A stretch of DNA of 29,477 bases from a virus (IMGVR_UViG_3300025839_000040:1-29477); one strand, 5' to 3'. Positions 9,354 to 18,005 are shown, counted from the stretch's first letter. The notes: a model not told the origin generated them from the sequence alone. Program-made: numbers and translations.

Positions 9354-11237
9354 CTATACTATATCAGACGGAATAGCAGGCATACTATTACCCGCCATCT
9401 TCGCTTCCTGTTGTTTCAGGGCTTCGCCTGCGATGATCTCAGGATCAAGTTGGATTCCTGCCTGGGCCGCTAATTGAATCTGCCCATCAATCGGCAAATC
9501 TTTAAATGAAATACTGCGTGATGGTGGGGTTTCCTCTTTTTGTTCTTGTGGGGCTAATTCTGCTAGTTCTTCCTCACTCATCCCCACCGCCACGGGTGGG
9601 TTCATTTTATACGCCACGGCGTTCTTGGCTTTCTGAGCAGGGTTTTGGTAGCCCGCTTCTTGAAGGTAATCAGCAGGAGACAAAAAGCCTTTTTCTGCGT
9701 CCATTTGCGCCTGCTCGTACTTGAATTGACGATCCTCAGGAAGTGTTTTTCCTTCGTTGATTCGGATTTCGGTTCCGTCTTCAAAGTCGTCTTGGGTCAG
9801 GGCGATCATTTTTACCGCCGCATCAGGCCCCATAATCTTCGCGTAGTGGGTTTCGGTGTAATTTACTTTAGCGAGTTGGTAAAACCAGTTAAACATCTCG
9901 TAAGACACATAATCTACAACCTGGACAAGCTCATTTAAGGCAAGGTAGCTTTGGTCAATCAAGGCCAAACGACCAGCTTTGGTTTCTTGCCCCTGCCGTT
10001 CACCACGGAATGACGCACTCGCAGCCATGATGTTGTCAATTTCAGACCGTGAATCAACCATATCTTCATACACGAATTGCGGTAGGGCAGTACCAAACTC
10101 ACGGCGAATCCCTGAGACGACACCCTTACCCCACACCACCGCCCGCGCTTCAAAGCGAAGTTTTTGTGCATCAGCTTTGCTCATCACACTGGAATCAACT
10201 AAAACCTGACCATTCACCAACGAAGCGTTCTCATCAATATCTTGCTTGCGTCGGTCAATTCCTTCTTGGAGCGGAATAGATTGCTCAATCATGTCAGTTT
10301 CACCCACTGGTTTTTGTTCAGAGTTAAATGCCGTAGCAAAGATGTATGGTTTTCGGGGATTATTGAAGTGGTTAAAGAAATAACTATTAAGCCCTGATTC
10401 AACCTCGTCACCTGTCGCTTCATTTAATTGGCGTTCTGGTTGTTGTTCGCGGATAGTTTTCAGTGTTTCTTTGCGATTTTCCTGCATCGCTACACCTTCT
10501 TCTAGGGTAATTTTAATACCATCCCAGTCCCAGTATGGGTTTTTCTTTTCAGATAAGAGGATGCCACCGTATATGCAATACATCATGTCACCAATCCAGG
10601 CTTCCTTGTACGTAATTGTCGGGTTTTCAATAAAAGCAACCGTTTCATCGGTGTAGCCATTTTTGTTTAAGATTTCGGTCTTTTTAACAGGGAAACGGGC
10701 ACAAATATTAGACAATGTATCTTCAATTTCTTCAATCACAAACTCACTTTCTTCTTCCTTGGTACAGTTAGGTGATACCCGTATTTTAGTGGGGTCTATT
10801 GCCCTCACATCAAAATCATTTAGAGCATTGTTCCAAAAGACTTTAAGAACAATCAGTCGGCTGAAATATAGGTTACGGAGTCCTTTACGGATTTGTTCCT
10901 TAACATTTAAGTCTTTGTATCGTTTTAGGAAGTATTGTTGTTGGAGTTCAGCAAACTCTTTGGCTTCGTCAGTATTACGGGTGGGAATGAAGTTTGCTTG
11001 TGGGGGGTTTGCTATAAGTGCGTTAATTACACTCTCGGTGTTACGGAAAATGCGGTTAGCGCGAATCTTCGGGCGACTCTTTAGGGCTACACTATCCCCG
11101 ACCCATTCGCCGTTGTTTTGGTATACCCGTTTATTACGTGCGGTGTTCTTTTTAATTTGAGCCCAAAGTGGTTCCGCACTCGTCCAGCGAGCGTTGACTA
11201 ACTTGATCTTGTCTTGTTCTGAAAGACTTTCGTACAT
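9354..11237 (-). CDS. Portal protein (P22-like)
   Basis: 627 aa immediately downstream of terL; NRIFRNTES, PLQEGIDRRKQ and helical C-terminal region. Confidence 0.85.
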   Translation of the reverse strand: MYESLSEQDKIKLVNARWTSAEPLWAQIKKNTARNKRVYQNNGEWVGDSVALKSRPKIRANRIFRNTESVINALIANPPQANFIPTRNTDEAKEFAELQQQYFLKRYKDLNVKEQIRKGLRNLYFSRLIVLKVFWNNALNDFDVRAIDPTKIRVSPNCTKEEESEFVIEEIEDTLSNICARFPVKKTEILNKNGYTDETVAFIENPTITYKEAWIGDMMYCIYGGILLSEKKNPYWDWDGIKITLEEGVAMQENRKETLKTIREQQPERQLNEATGDEVESGLNSYFFNHFNNPRKPYIFATAFNSEQKPVGETDMIEQSIPLQEGIDRRKQDIDENASLVNGQVLVDSSVMSKADAQKLRFEARAVVWGKGVVSGIRREFGTALPQFVYEDMVDSRSEIDNIMAASASFRGERQGQETKAGRLALIDQSYLALNELVQVVDYVSYEMFNWFYQLAKVNYTETHYAKIMGPDAAVKMIALTQDDFEDGTEIRINEGKTLPEDRQFKYEQAQMDAEKGFLSPADYLQEAGYQNPAQKAKNAVAYKMNPPVAVGMSEEELAELAPQEQKEETPPSRSISFKDLPIDGQIQLAAQAGIQLDPEIIAGEALKQQEAKMAGNSMPAIPSDIV

Positions 11238-11244
11238 TATGTTT

Positions 11245-11275
11245 ATTGTATCATACGGTTATCCGTTTCTGTCAA
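11245..11275 (-). promoter_or_regulatory. Promoter ahead of portal (TTGACA ... TGaTACAAT)
   Basis: Minus strand TTGACA-19nt-TACAAT with TGn extension. The ATG lies 7 nt after the -10 box, which is leaderless geometry. The spacer is longer than optimal. Confidence 0.5.
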
Positions 11276-11281
11276 TGAGAA

Positions 11282-12877
11282 TCAATCAAAGATAACAGAG
11301 AAATCTTGCACCACATTATCTCGTCCAATAAACGGACGTTCCTCTGGTTCGCCGAGTACCATCCCTGCCCCTTCGGTGGCCCGCGCAAGCTGGTAATACA
11401 ACAAAGCAAATACCCCGTGGTCGTTGCCCGTGGTGCTATCCCAGACGTATTTCTCTATTCCCCGTGCGTCAGTGTGTTTCACCCGTCTAAGGGTCAGCCA
11501 TTGGTCGATAAAGATGCGAAACTCAGCATCCGAGGGGTTAGAGAATAGTATCTTGGCCCGCAAAAGATCATCAATTAGTTGGTCAATCACACGGTTACGG
11601 TTGCTGTATACGATCTTGCCTTTGTCGTTTGGGGTGCCTGGTTCCCCTGGCTTCCCCCACCACACAATCGTTTGGGGATTAGCTTGGTTGTCTTGGAAAT
11701 AGGACATATACGCCTTTTCATAGGTATCAACAAAGTGGCGACTAGCGGTGTTGTCGGGCATCGCATCTATCACTAAAAAAGGGTTATATTGCTTCATTAA
11801 ATCGTCAAGGAACGACCAGTCAGTAAAGCGTCCAATACGGGTGACACCAAGCTCAGTACCAAGGACATAGTGCTTCATATTGCCTACGTCTACCCCGAGG
11901 TAGTAGTGCTTCCCCAGCGACAGATCGCGGGGTGTCCAGTTATCGAGGATTAGTGACCGAGTAATAGACAAGTCACCTGGATTGTATGGCTCTCCGAGGA
12001 CGAAGTTGAAAAAGTATTCCTGATCGCCTGCACTCTCCCGTATGATGTCAGTGGCCTTGATCCACGGGGCCATGAGATGGCTGGTATGGTACCCACTAAT
12101 ATCACTCTCTCGTGTAGCTTTCCAGTACCCCTTGCGCCGTTGGTCGTCTGTTAGTTGTACTTTGCACGTTTTGCACTGATAGCAGCCACGCTCTTTATCC
12201 ACACTATCAGGCCATGATAGGTACTCACTGTGGCCGTTGGTACACGTTACGTACCACTCTTTCTGGTCGCTTTTCTGCCACCACTCGTCCATTGTGTCAC
12301 GCTCGGTAGTTGGGTTAGAGAACATCCAGGTACCCTTGTATGGTGATGCCTTAATACGTGACTGATAGAACGCCATGTTTTTTTGATCCGAGCGGGATGC
12401 TTCGTCATGGATCAATAGGTCGGCGGTGGTACTGATAGCGGCGGTCTTCGATACCGTTCCTTTGACGTATAGGTTTCGACCATTGAGCTGTTTGAGGTAT
12501 ACCGAGTCGGCACTAGTATTTGGAAAGAGTTGCACGTTCTCCTTAATGATGGGATTGGTCTTGGTCTTTACAAACTCCTCAGCGTCCGAGTCACTAGGGT
12601 AGGTGAGTATGACGTTCAGTCCTCGGTGTTGTACCGCATATAGGGCTTTTATAACGAAAGTGACCGATCCACCCACCTGGGAGCATTTCTTCCAAACTAA
12701 GTTAGGGCTCCAGTCAGTAAGGATGTCCAGCAAGAAAAGACGATCCGAAAAGTCTAATATCTCACCTTTTTCGTTCTTCACCCCGTTCTTTACCGTCCAG
12801 TATAGGATCGAGTAGTGCTCGGGGTCAGCTAGTGTGTTAGACAGTTCCGAGTGCTCGTTGTTCTCGTTGTCGCTCAT
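11282..12877 (-). CDS. terL: Terminase large subunit, lambda gpA-like
   Basis: Walker A variant KKCSQVGGS, Walker B LLIHDE, SNPT motif, Zn-binding CTNGH...CKTC, nuclease LGVDVG and DH motifs. Start moved to MSDNEN (12877). Confidence 0.9.
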   Translation of the reverse strand: MSDNENNEHSELSNTLADPEHYSILYWTVKNGVKNEKGEILDFSDRLFLLDILTDWSPNLVWKKCSQVGGSVTFVIKALYAVQHRGLNVILTYPSDSDAEEFVKTKTNPIIKENVQLFPNTSADSVYLKQLNGRNLYVKGTVSKTAAISTTADLLIHDEASRSDQKNMAFYQSRIKASPYKGTWMFSNPTTERDTMDEWWQKSDQKEWYVTCTNGHSEYLSWPDSVDKERGCYQCKTCKVQLTDDQRRKGYWKATRESDISGYHTSHLMAPWIKATDIIRESAGDQEYFFNFVLGEPYNPGDLSITRSLILDNWTPRDLSLGKHYYLGVDVGNMKHYVLGTELGVTRIGRFTDWSFLDDLMKQYNPFLVIDAMPDNTASRHFVDTYEKAYMSYFQDNQANPQTIVWWGKPGEPGTPNDKGKIVYSNRNRVIDQLIDDLLRAKILFSNPSDAEFRIFIDQWLTLRRVKHTDARGIEKYVWDSTTGNDHGVFALLYYQLARATEGAGMVLGEPEERPFIGRDNVVQDFSVIFD

Positions 12878-13265
12878 ACTCTCGCCATTTGTCTGGGTAT
12901 ACATATTTGAAACGTGGATGATCTGGAGTAAGTAAGTCATCCGAGTGGCGATCACGTTCAGCTCGGACGAGGATCGAGTGGTCATAGTAGCGATCACGTA
13001 ACGTGATCTCGCGTCTTACGGTGTGGCCTTTTGAACACGTACCGAGGTAATAGGCCAGTGTCTCGTTGCCGTGTTTAGTATACAGTACCGAATAATCACG
13101 GTGACATTTATCGCACCACCCGTTGTCCCTTTTATAGTAAGGTGCTCGCTCGTTCAGTTCGACCAGTTCTCGGCGATCCTTTTCTTTTCGATCCTTGGCC
13201 CGTTCCTGGTCGAGTTCATCTTGTGTCTTTTGTACGCGCTCTTTCAAGCGTTCTAGTAGATTCAT
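12837..13265 (-). CDS. Coiled-coil + Zn-finger hypothetical protein
   Basis: CDKC...CSKGH motif; overlaps the terL start by 41 nt. Confidence 0.7.
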   Translation of the reverse strand: MNLLERLKERVQKTQDELDQERAKDRKEKDRRELVELNERAPYYKRDNGWCDKCHRDYSVLYTKHGNETLAYYLGTCSKGHTVRREITLRDRYYDHSILVRAERDRHSDDLLTPDHPRFKYVYPDKWREYERQREQRALGTV

Positions 13266-13443
13266 ATTGATACATTGAAGCCCGCGTTTTATCGCGGTAA
13301 CGGTCTTTTTAGTGCCTTTTCTGTCTCTTGCCAGTCGATTGAAAGTATCAGAGCGACTGCGGAAGTGACATAATTAGATGTAAAACGTGTTCAAAATGTA
13401 CTGTTCGAGCACTCTTATCGAGTCGGTCTAGCAGTACAAATAC

Positions 13444-13471
13444 AGTATAACACCACAGAAACTAGCGTCAA
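13444..13471 (-). promoter_or_regulatory. Sigma70-type promoter for the terL/late operon
   Basis: Minus strand TTGACG-16nt-TATACT with TGn extension. Confidence 0.6.
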
Positions 13472-13558
13472 ATAGTATGATCGAGCTAAATACGAAGCTC
13501 AAAATTGAGTTATAGGACGTTTTTTTCTTTTATGTGATAGATGTATCAGCTCGGACAA

Positions 13559-13744
13559 TTATCGAGCATCACGGTCAATTTTGAGCAAATTAGCGATAGT
13601 TTTTGACCACTCGCGCTCGTATTCTAGTTCGTTTTCATAATCTTCATACGTTCCAATAGATAAAATTTCAGTATCCCCGTCAAAATATTCTACGATCACA
13701 CGCGGATTATTCGTCTTTTTTCGGAATAACTTGTACAGATTCAT
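13559..13744 (-). CDS. Hypothetical protein (61 aa)
   Basis: ATG ORF overlapping the terS end; co-oriented. Confidence 0.5.
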   Translation of the reverse strand: MNLYKLFRKKTNNPRVIVEYFDGDTEILSIGTYEDYENELEYEREWSKTIANLLKIDRDAR

Positions 13745-14183
13745 ACCCTAACGCTTTTTTTATCTCGCTTTCAAAATTAAAAATATGATGCTCAATCTTC
13801 GCAAAAATAATCGGATTGGCGTTGTTTTCTTTCGCTATTTTGTCACTCGCATAATCGCCTGTAACCTTGAAAACAATATCAGCGGCGCGTAAACGATCAC
13901 GATCTTCTGCGTCATCATTTTCTAGTATTTTCGCCACTACTTTTTTAGCGGTATCACTTGAAAAACCAAGCTCAGCAAGGGCCAAAGTTGTGCCGACACT
14001 ATTCAACACACGCTTTGGCTGAGTTGTCAAGCCCGAGCCATAACCCGCTTTTTTTATGATATCAGCATTGTTTTTTATGTCCTTGTGCTTTCCTTGTGCA
14101 ATTTCCGCGATGATCCGAGCAGTTCTACGTTGTCGGACAGTTGGAGTTATAACGTATTTTGTTTTTGTTTGTTCTTTATCCAC
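13707..14183 (-). CDS. terS: Terminase small subunit
   Basis: HTH with KKAGY motif, DRLRAADIVFK oligomerisation helix, upstream of terL. Confidence 0.75.
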   Translation of the reverse strand: MDKEQTKTKYVITPTVRQRRTARIIAEIAQGKHKDIKNNADIIKKAGYGSGLTTQPKRVLNSVGTTLALAELGFSSDTAKKVVAKILENDDAEDRDRLRAADIVFKVTGDYASDKIAKENNANPIIFAKIEHHIFNFESEIKKALGYESVQVIPKKDE

Positions 14184-14184
14184 A
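14176..14184 (+). promoter_or_regulatory. Perfect DnaA box TTATCCACA overlapping the terS start codon
   Basis: Exact consensus 9-mer. Confidence 0.5.
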
Positions 14185-14264
14185 GTATGTAAAATTAGTC
14201 AGTTGTGTTTTTTGTTATTTTATGTATACTACTTTATGAAGTTGTTAGTTATACAAAAAATAAT

Positions 14265-14387
14265 ATGCAAAATGTTAGATCGTATATCGGCGAGCGTTTG
14301 CGCGAGGAGCGTCAAGTGAAACGTACCAGGGTCGAATCTTTTATTGGCCTTGTCATCATCTCAATTATATGGATGTTTGTCTTATAA
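14265..14387 (+). CDS. Small membrane protein
   Basis: MQNVRSY... with C-terminal hydrophobic FIGLVIISIIWMFVL; A-rich start context. Confidence 0.5.
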   Translation: MQNVRSYIGERLREERQVKRTRVESFIGLVIISIIWMFVL

Positions 14388-14398
14388 AAGAACCAGAG

Positions 14399-14566
14399 AT
14401 GGAACCGTTGCAATCTGGTACGCGCTTAATCTTCACGGATGTTTTACTACGAAGATTGACGGGTCAAGTACGATGTAAGGCCCAGGACGATATATTTTAC
14501 GTTGTCGAGTCTAACCGTGGTACACATCTGATCTCTGTCTATGATGTGGTAGCGGTCATTGGTTAA
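14399..14566 (+). CDS. Small beta-barrel (SH3-like) hypothetical protein
   Basis: MEPLQSGTRLIF...TGQVRC...FYVVES...HLIS pattern. Confidence 0.5.
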   Translation: MEPLQSGTRLIFTDVLLRRLTGQVRCKAQDDIFYVVESNRGTHLISVYDVVAVIG

Positions 14567-14665
14567 TTGTATCGAGATATATAGCGCGTGATATTTTTCG
14601 CGCGTTACTATCTCGCTAGAGATTATAGCGAGAAAAATGCAATTATACAATAACCATTCATCATT

Positions 14666-14908
14666 ATGTATGAGCCAAGTCGAGGGGAAGCGAAGCGATC
14701 AACCGTTGAAAAACTAACAGATGTCGCCCGTTCACTTTTTAGTCCACGGGTACAAACATTGATCGAAGCGGGCTTTTTGACTCGTTGCAATGAGTTCACC
14801 CCAGCTTTTGACGATGCAGTTCGTATTGCAGCGCTTGAAAAGTGGGGAGAGGAGATCGAAGCAATCGCCAAGGACCGAGTGGAAGCAGACAAGAAAGCGA
14901 GCAAGTAG
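14666..14908 (+). CDS. Hypothetical protein upstream of the Ubl operon
   Basis: 80 aa ATG ORF, co-oriented with the operon. Confidence 0.65.
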   Translation: MYEPSRGEAKRSTVEKLTDVARSLFSPRVQTLIEAGFLTRCNEFTPAFDDAVRIAALEKWGEEIEAIAKDRVEADKKASK

Positions 14909-14963
14909 GCCAGCTCGGAAGTTGTACGATCAGATGTATTTTATCACTAGCTAGTCAAAAAAT

Positions 14964-15173
14964 ATGCTTACCGTATATATTGCCCGCATGGGGCATGACG
15001 AGATCACACTGCAAGTCGAGGAGGGGACACGCGTCCGTGACGTACTTACTCGCTCGGGGATGAGTCTATCGGGAAGCGAGCAAGCGTACGTGTCGGGAGT
15101 TTCCGCAACCATGACGAGTATTGTAGAAGATGGAGACATTATTAGCATTGTAACGCCAAAGCAAGCGGGATAA
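14964..15173 (+). CDS. Ubiquitin-like (beta-grasp) protein with exposed C-terminal Gly
   Basis: MLTVYI...EITLQVEEGTRVRDVL...VEDGDIISIVTPKQAG; ThiS/MoaD/Ub-type strand pattern; operonic with E2, JAB and E1. Confidence 0.85.
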   Translation: MLTVYIARMGHDEITLQVEEGTRVRDVLTRSGMSLSGSEQAYVSGVSATMTSIVEDGDIISIVTPKQAG

Positions 15174-15181
15174 TGCCAAGC

Positions 15182-15215
15182 GCAAAAGGTCCCCGCTCGG
15201 GGGCTTTTTGCTTTT
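15182..15215 (+). terminator. Intrinsic terminator/attenuator between Ubl and E2
   Basis: GCAAAAGGTCCCC-GCTC-GGGGGCTTTTTGC followed by TTTT. Confidence 0.75.
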
Positions 15216-15246
15216 ATCAGCGACACAAAATAATCATAGAATCAAT

Positions 15247-16473
15247 ATGACAACCGTGGAAGCAGAAAAGGCCGAAGCAGTCGGGGGGGATATGAGACAA
15301 GTGTCACCGCTGGACATGATCGACGGCAAGCCCGTCCGAGTTTCGGTGGTAGGAATGGAGACTATAGACACACTATCAAAAATAGTAGACTCTAAAAAAA
15401 GAGATCATCTAGAAGCGATTAGCCGCGCGGAGAGATTTGCGGTCACTTATGACGATCGTATCAAAAACAATAGAAGTCAAATCGAGTCATTAAAAAATGA
15501 GATTAAGGAATACCAACACCGAGTTAAGGAATGTAAAGCGGAAGCGTCCAAACTGAAAAAACAAAAGATTGACACCGTGGACATGGCCCGAGTCTACGAG
15601 CGGTTACGTGGTCATAAGTTAATACAAGGGATCGTGCCAGTCACAGATAGTAGAATACGGGTATTTTTAGCGCCCGTATATACAAATGCGCAAATAGAAG
15701 ATGGTAGCAAAGCCCGCTCGCGGATGTTTGTCGCCTGTTTTTCGGTAGTGCTGGAAGCTGGAAGATTCAGCACGGGCAATACCGTTAGAATCGAAAATAT
15801 ATCGTTTCCTGGCTTGCGCCATTGGTCGGTAAATAGCGAGGGCCAACCGTGTTGGGGTGATTGGGAGGACGATATGCGGACAGCCTGGAATAGTGGAGAC
15901 TTGTACCATTTTATCACACTGATACATGCGTACTTATCGAGTAACAAGGACGAAGCCGCCTATACTCGGACGTACTCGTACCGAGCACAAAGGATTGAAA
16001 CCATAAAAGAGTTAGGAAAAGAGTTAGGAACAATTAGCAAAAGCGAACACGGAGGACGATACGCTATATATTTCGGGGGAGATGGTAACAACCGTGACCT
16101 AAACGAAAAACCAATCGCGCCGATGGTGGGGATGGTGCCGCCGTATGCTGGATCATTTGGACTACGTTTCATTGGCCCAGTTGATTGTAATACGTATTGG
16201 AATATCCCAGGGGACGAAACCAGTGACCGAGATTGGCATGTCCAAGAGTCAGCCTGTCAGCTACTAGGCGAGGAGCAGGCCGAGGAGATAAAAAATATCA
16301 TGGCCGAGTGTAGTACACAGTCAGACGACATACAGAGAGAGATAATGAGTGCGTGGTGTAAAGATAAAATGGAAGAGGTGACACCGACGGTCGAGTCATT
16401 ATTGCATTATTTAGACACCGCAAAAAGCGTACCATACGAGCTAATTGCTCGCCCGTTACGTATAAAAAAATAA
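15247..16473 (+). CDS. Coiled-coil + prokaryotic E2-like conjugating enzyme + C-terminal domain
   Basis: HWSVNSEGQPCWG resembles the E2 HPNV-x3-G-x2-C active site and is followed by two helices; operon context supports it. Start moved to MTTVE. Confidence 0.7.
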   Translation: MTTVEAEKAEAVGGDMRQVSPLDMIDGKPVRVSVVGMETIDTLSKIVDSKKRDHLEAISRAERFAVTYDDRIKNNRSQIESLKNEIKEYQHRVKECKAEASKLKKQKIDTVDMARVYERLRGHKLIQGIVPVTDSRIRVFLAPVYTNAQIEDGSKARSRMFVACFSVVLEAGRFSTGNTVRIENISFPGLRHWSVNSEGQPCWGDWEDDMRTAWNSGDLYHFITLIHAYLSSNKDEAAYTRTYSYRAQRIETIKELGKELGTISKSEHGGRYAIYFGGDGNNRDLNEKPIAPMVGMVPPYAGSFGLRFIGPVDCNTYWNIPGDETSDRDWHVQESACQLLGEEQAEEIKNIMAECSTQSDDIQREIMSAWCKDKMEEVTPTVESLLHYLDTAKSVPYELIARPLRIKK

Positions 16474-16477
16474 GTGT

Positions 16478-17326
16478 ATGAAACTTCAAATTGAAAACAA
16501 AGTATGGCAAAAAATCGCGGGATACGTAGATAATTGCCAGTATGAGATTGGAGGAATGGGAGAGATCGTTTGTAACGGTCAAGACTTTTTAGTTACAAGC
16601 GCGGAGATACTAAGACAAAAAGTCACCGCGAGTCACGTAGATATGACCGCCGAAACGATGGCACAGTTTCAAGTTGAAAAGATCAAAGCGGGGCAAAGTG
16701 TTAAAGACTACAAGTTTTGGTGGCACAGTCATGCAAAAATGGACGTATTTTTCTCGGCTACTGATACCGCTACGATAAACGCGAGTCGAGCTGAGTTCCC
16801 GTGGATGGTTTCTTTTGTTACCAACCACAAACATGAAATGACCGCCCGCCTGGACATATACCAACCAGTGCACGTTCATGTGGAATTGGAGATCGAAGTG
16901 ATCGATGACGCGGATCAGTCAATCATTGACGCATGTATTGCCGAGATTAAAGAAAAAGTCACTATGCCCGCTATATTTTCGGGAGCGGGATACGGGTACC
17001 CGTACCGCCCGAGCGGATGGGAAAGCCCATACCAGCTAGAAGATGAGGACGATACCGTGCCAACCAGGAGGACCACGCAAACAAAAAAGGACGAGAAAAA
17101 ACGCACGTCCCTTGCTAAGGAGCTAAAGAAAAAGGAAGCGTTACTCGCAAAATATGAAAGGATCGGAACAATAAAACCAAGCATCATAGACCGCCTGGAA
17201 GCGGATATCGCGTCCATTAGTTTTGAGTTAGACAAGTTTACCCCCGTGGACGATATCGAGTCAGACAAGGACGGGGATCCAACCGCACCGAGCACTGCAC
17301 CATTATACAGAGGTTTGCTCGGATAG
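16478..17326 (+). CDS. JAB/JAMM (MPN+) metalloprotease
   Basis: Catalytic Glu (YEIGG) and exact HxH-x7-S-x2-D (HSHAKMDVFFSATD); long charged C-terminal tail. Confidence 0.92.
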   Translation: MKLQIENKVWQKIAGYVDNCQYEIGGMGEIVCNGQDFLVTSAEILRQKVTASHVDMTAETMAQFQVEKIKAGQSVKDYKFWWHSHAKMDVFFSATDTATINASRAEFPWMVSFVTNHKHEMTARLDIYQPVHVHVELEIEVIDDADQSIIDACIAEIKEKVTMPAIFSGAGYGYPYRPSGWESPYQLEDEDDTVPTRRTTQTKKDEKKRTSLAKELKKKEALLAKYERIGTIKPSIIDRLEADIASISFELDKFTPVDDIESDKDGDPTAPSTAPLYRGLLG

Positions 17327-17327
17327 T

Positions 17328-17972
17328 ATGGCAAAAAAGAAAATACACTACGACCGCCAATTAAGTATATACAACCCCGAGAACCATACAGGCGTATGTA
17401 TAGCGGTTATTGGACTCGGGAATATAGGGAGCAACGCGGTATTGCAGTTGACACGGTTAGGGGTGAGTAAGTTTGTGCTATACGACCATGACACAGTAGA
17501 AGCGCACAACCTATCAAGCCAGCACTTTGACTTACGCCACATTGGAAAGTTGAAAGTGGACGCGATCAGCGAGCAGATGCGGGCCCTAAATCGAGATATT
17601 GAGATCACCGCCAACCCCACAGAGTACCAAGGGGAGCACGTACAAGCGAACATACTGCTATCATGTGTTGATAGCCTGGACGCTAGGCGCGCGATCCTCG
17701 CGGGTATGGTAGCAAATAAGTATGACCCATTTGTGATTGATGGACGCGCGGGAGGTGGTCAGATCGAGGTATATAGCCAAAAAGCGAGCGAGTGGGGTAA
17801 AACGATCCCCGCCGAGGGAGACACTGACCCATGCGGAGCACGTTTCATCTGCTACGCAAGCGCGATCATTGGGGCATTTATGACCAACCAGGCGAAGCGT
17901 CATATCCTCGGACAACCAGTCAAGCCCGCCGTACTCTTTCATTGTGACACATACCAGCTATTGACCCCGTAG
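17328..17972 (+). CDS. ThiF/MoeB/E1-like activating enzyme
   Basis: YDRQ, GLGNIG nucleotide-binding loop, DHDTVEAHNLSSQ, GKLKV, CVDSLDAR, IDGR; candidate catalytic Cys in DPCGA. Confidence 0.92.
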   Translation: MAKKKIHYDRQLSIYNPENHTGVCIAVIGLGNIGSNAVLQLTRLGVSKFVLYDHDTVEAHNLSSQHFDLRHIGKLKVDAISEQMRALNRDIEITANPTEYQGEHVQANILLSCVDSLDARRAILAGMVANKYDPFVIDGRAGGGQIEVYSQKASEWGKTIPAEGDTDPCGARFICYASAIIGAFMTNQAKRHILGQPVKPAVLFHCDTYQLLTP

Positions 17973-17981
17973 TATCCCGTC

Positions 17982-18005
17982 AGAGTGGCCCGCTCGGGCC
18001 ATTCT
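17982..18005 (+). repeat. Hairpin after E1 with the same CCC-GCTC-GGG core as the post-Ubl hairpin
   Basis: AGAGTGGCCC-GCTC-GGGCCATTCT; no U-tract. Confidence 0.7.

Noticed and set aside
12878-12997. 40-codon N-terminal extension of terL in the ORF track
   Set aside because: It overlaps the Zn-finger gene; MSDNEN at 12877 is the more plausible start.
50-13256. Many plus-strand ORFs over the structural genes (e.g. 4269-4787, 10663-11160)
   Set aside because: Antisense shadows of well-supported minus-strand genes.
14964-17972. ThiS/ThiF or MoaD/MoeB sulfur-relay (cofactor or tRNA thiolation) interpretation
   Set aside because: No cysteine desulfurase, rhodanese, ThiG, MoaE or thiouridylase is nearby, and an E2-like gene sits in the operon, so conjugation is the better reading.
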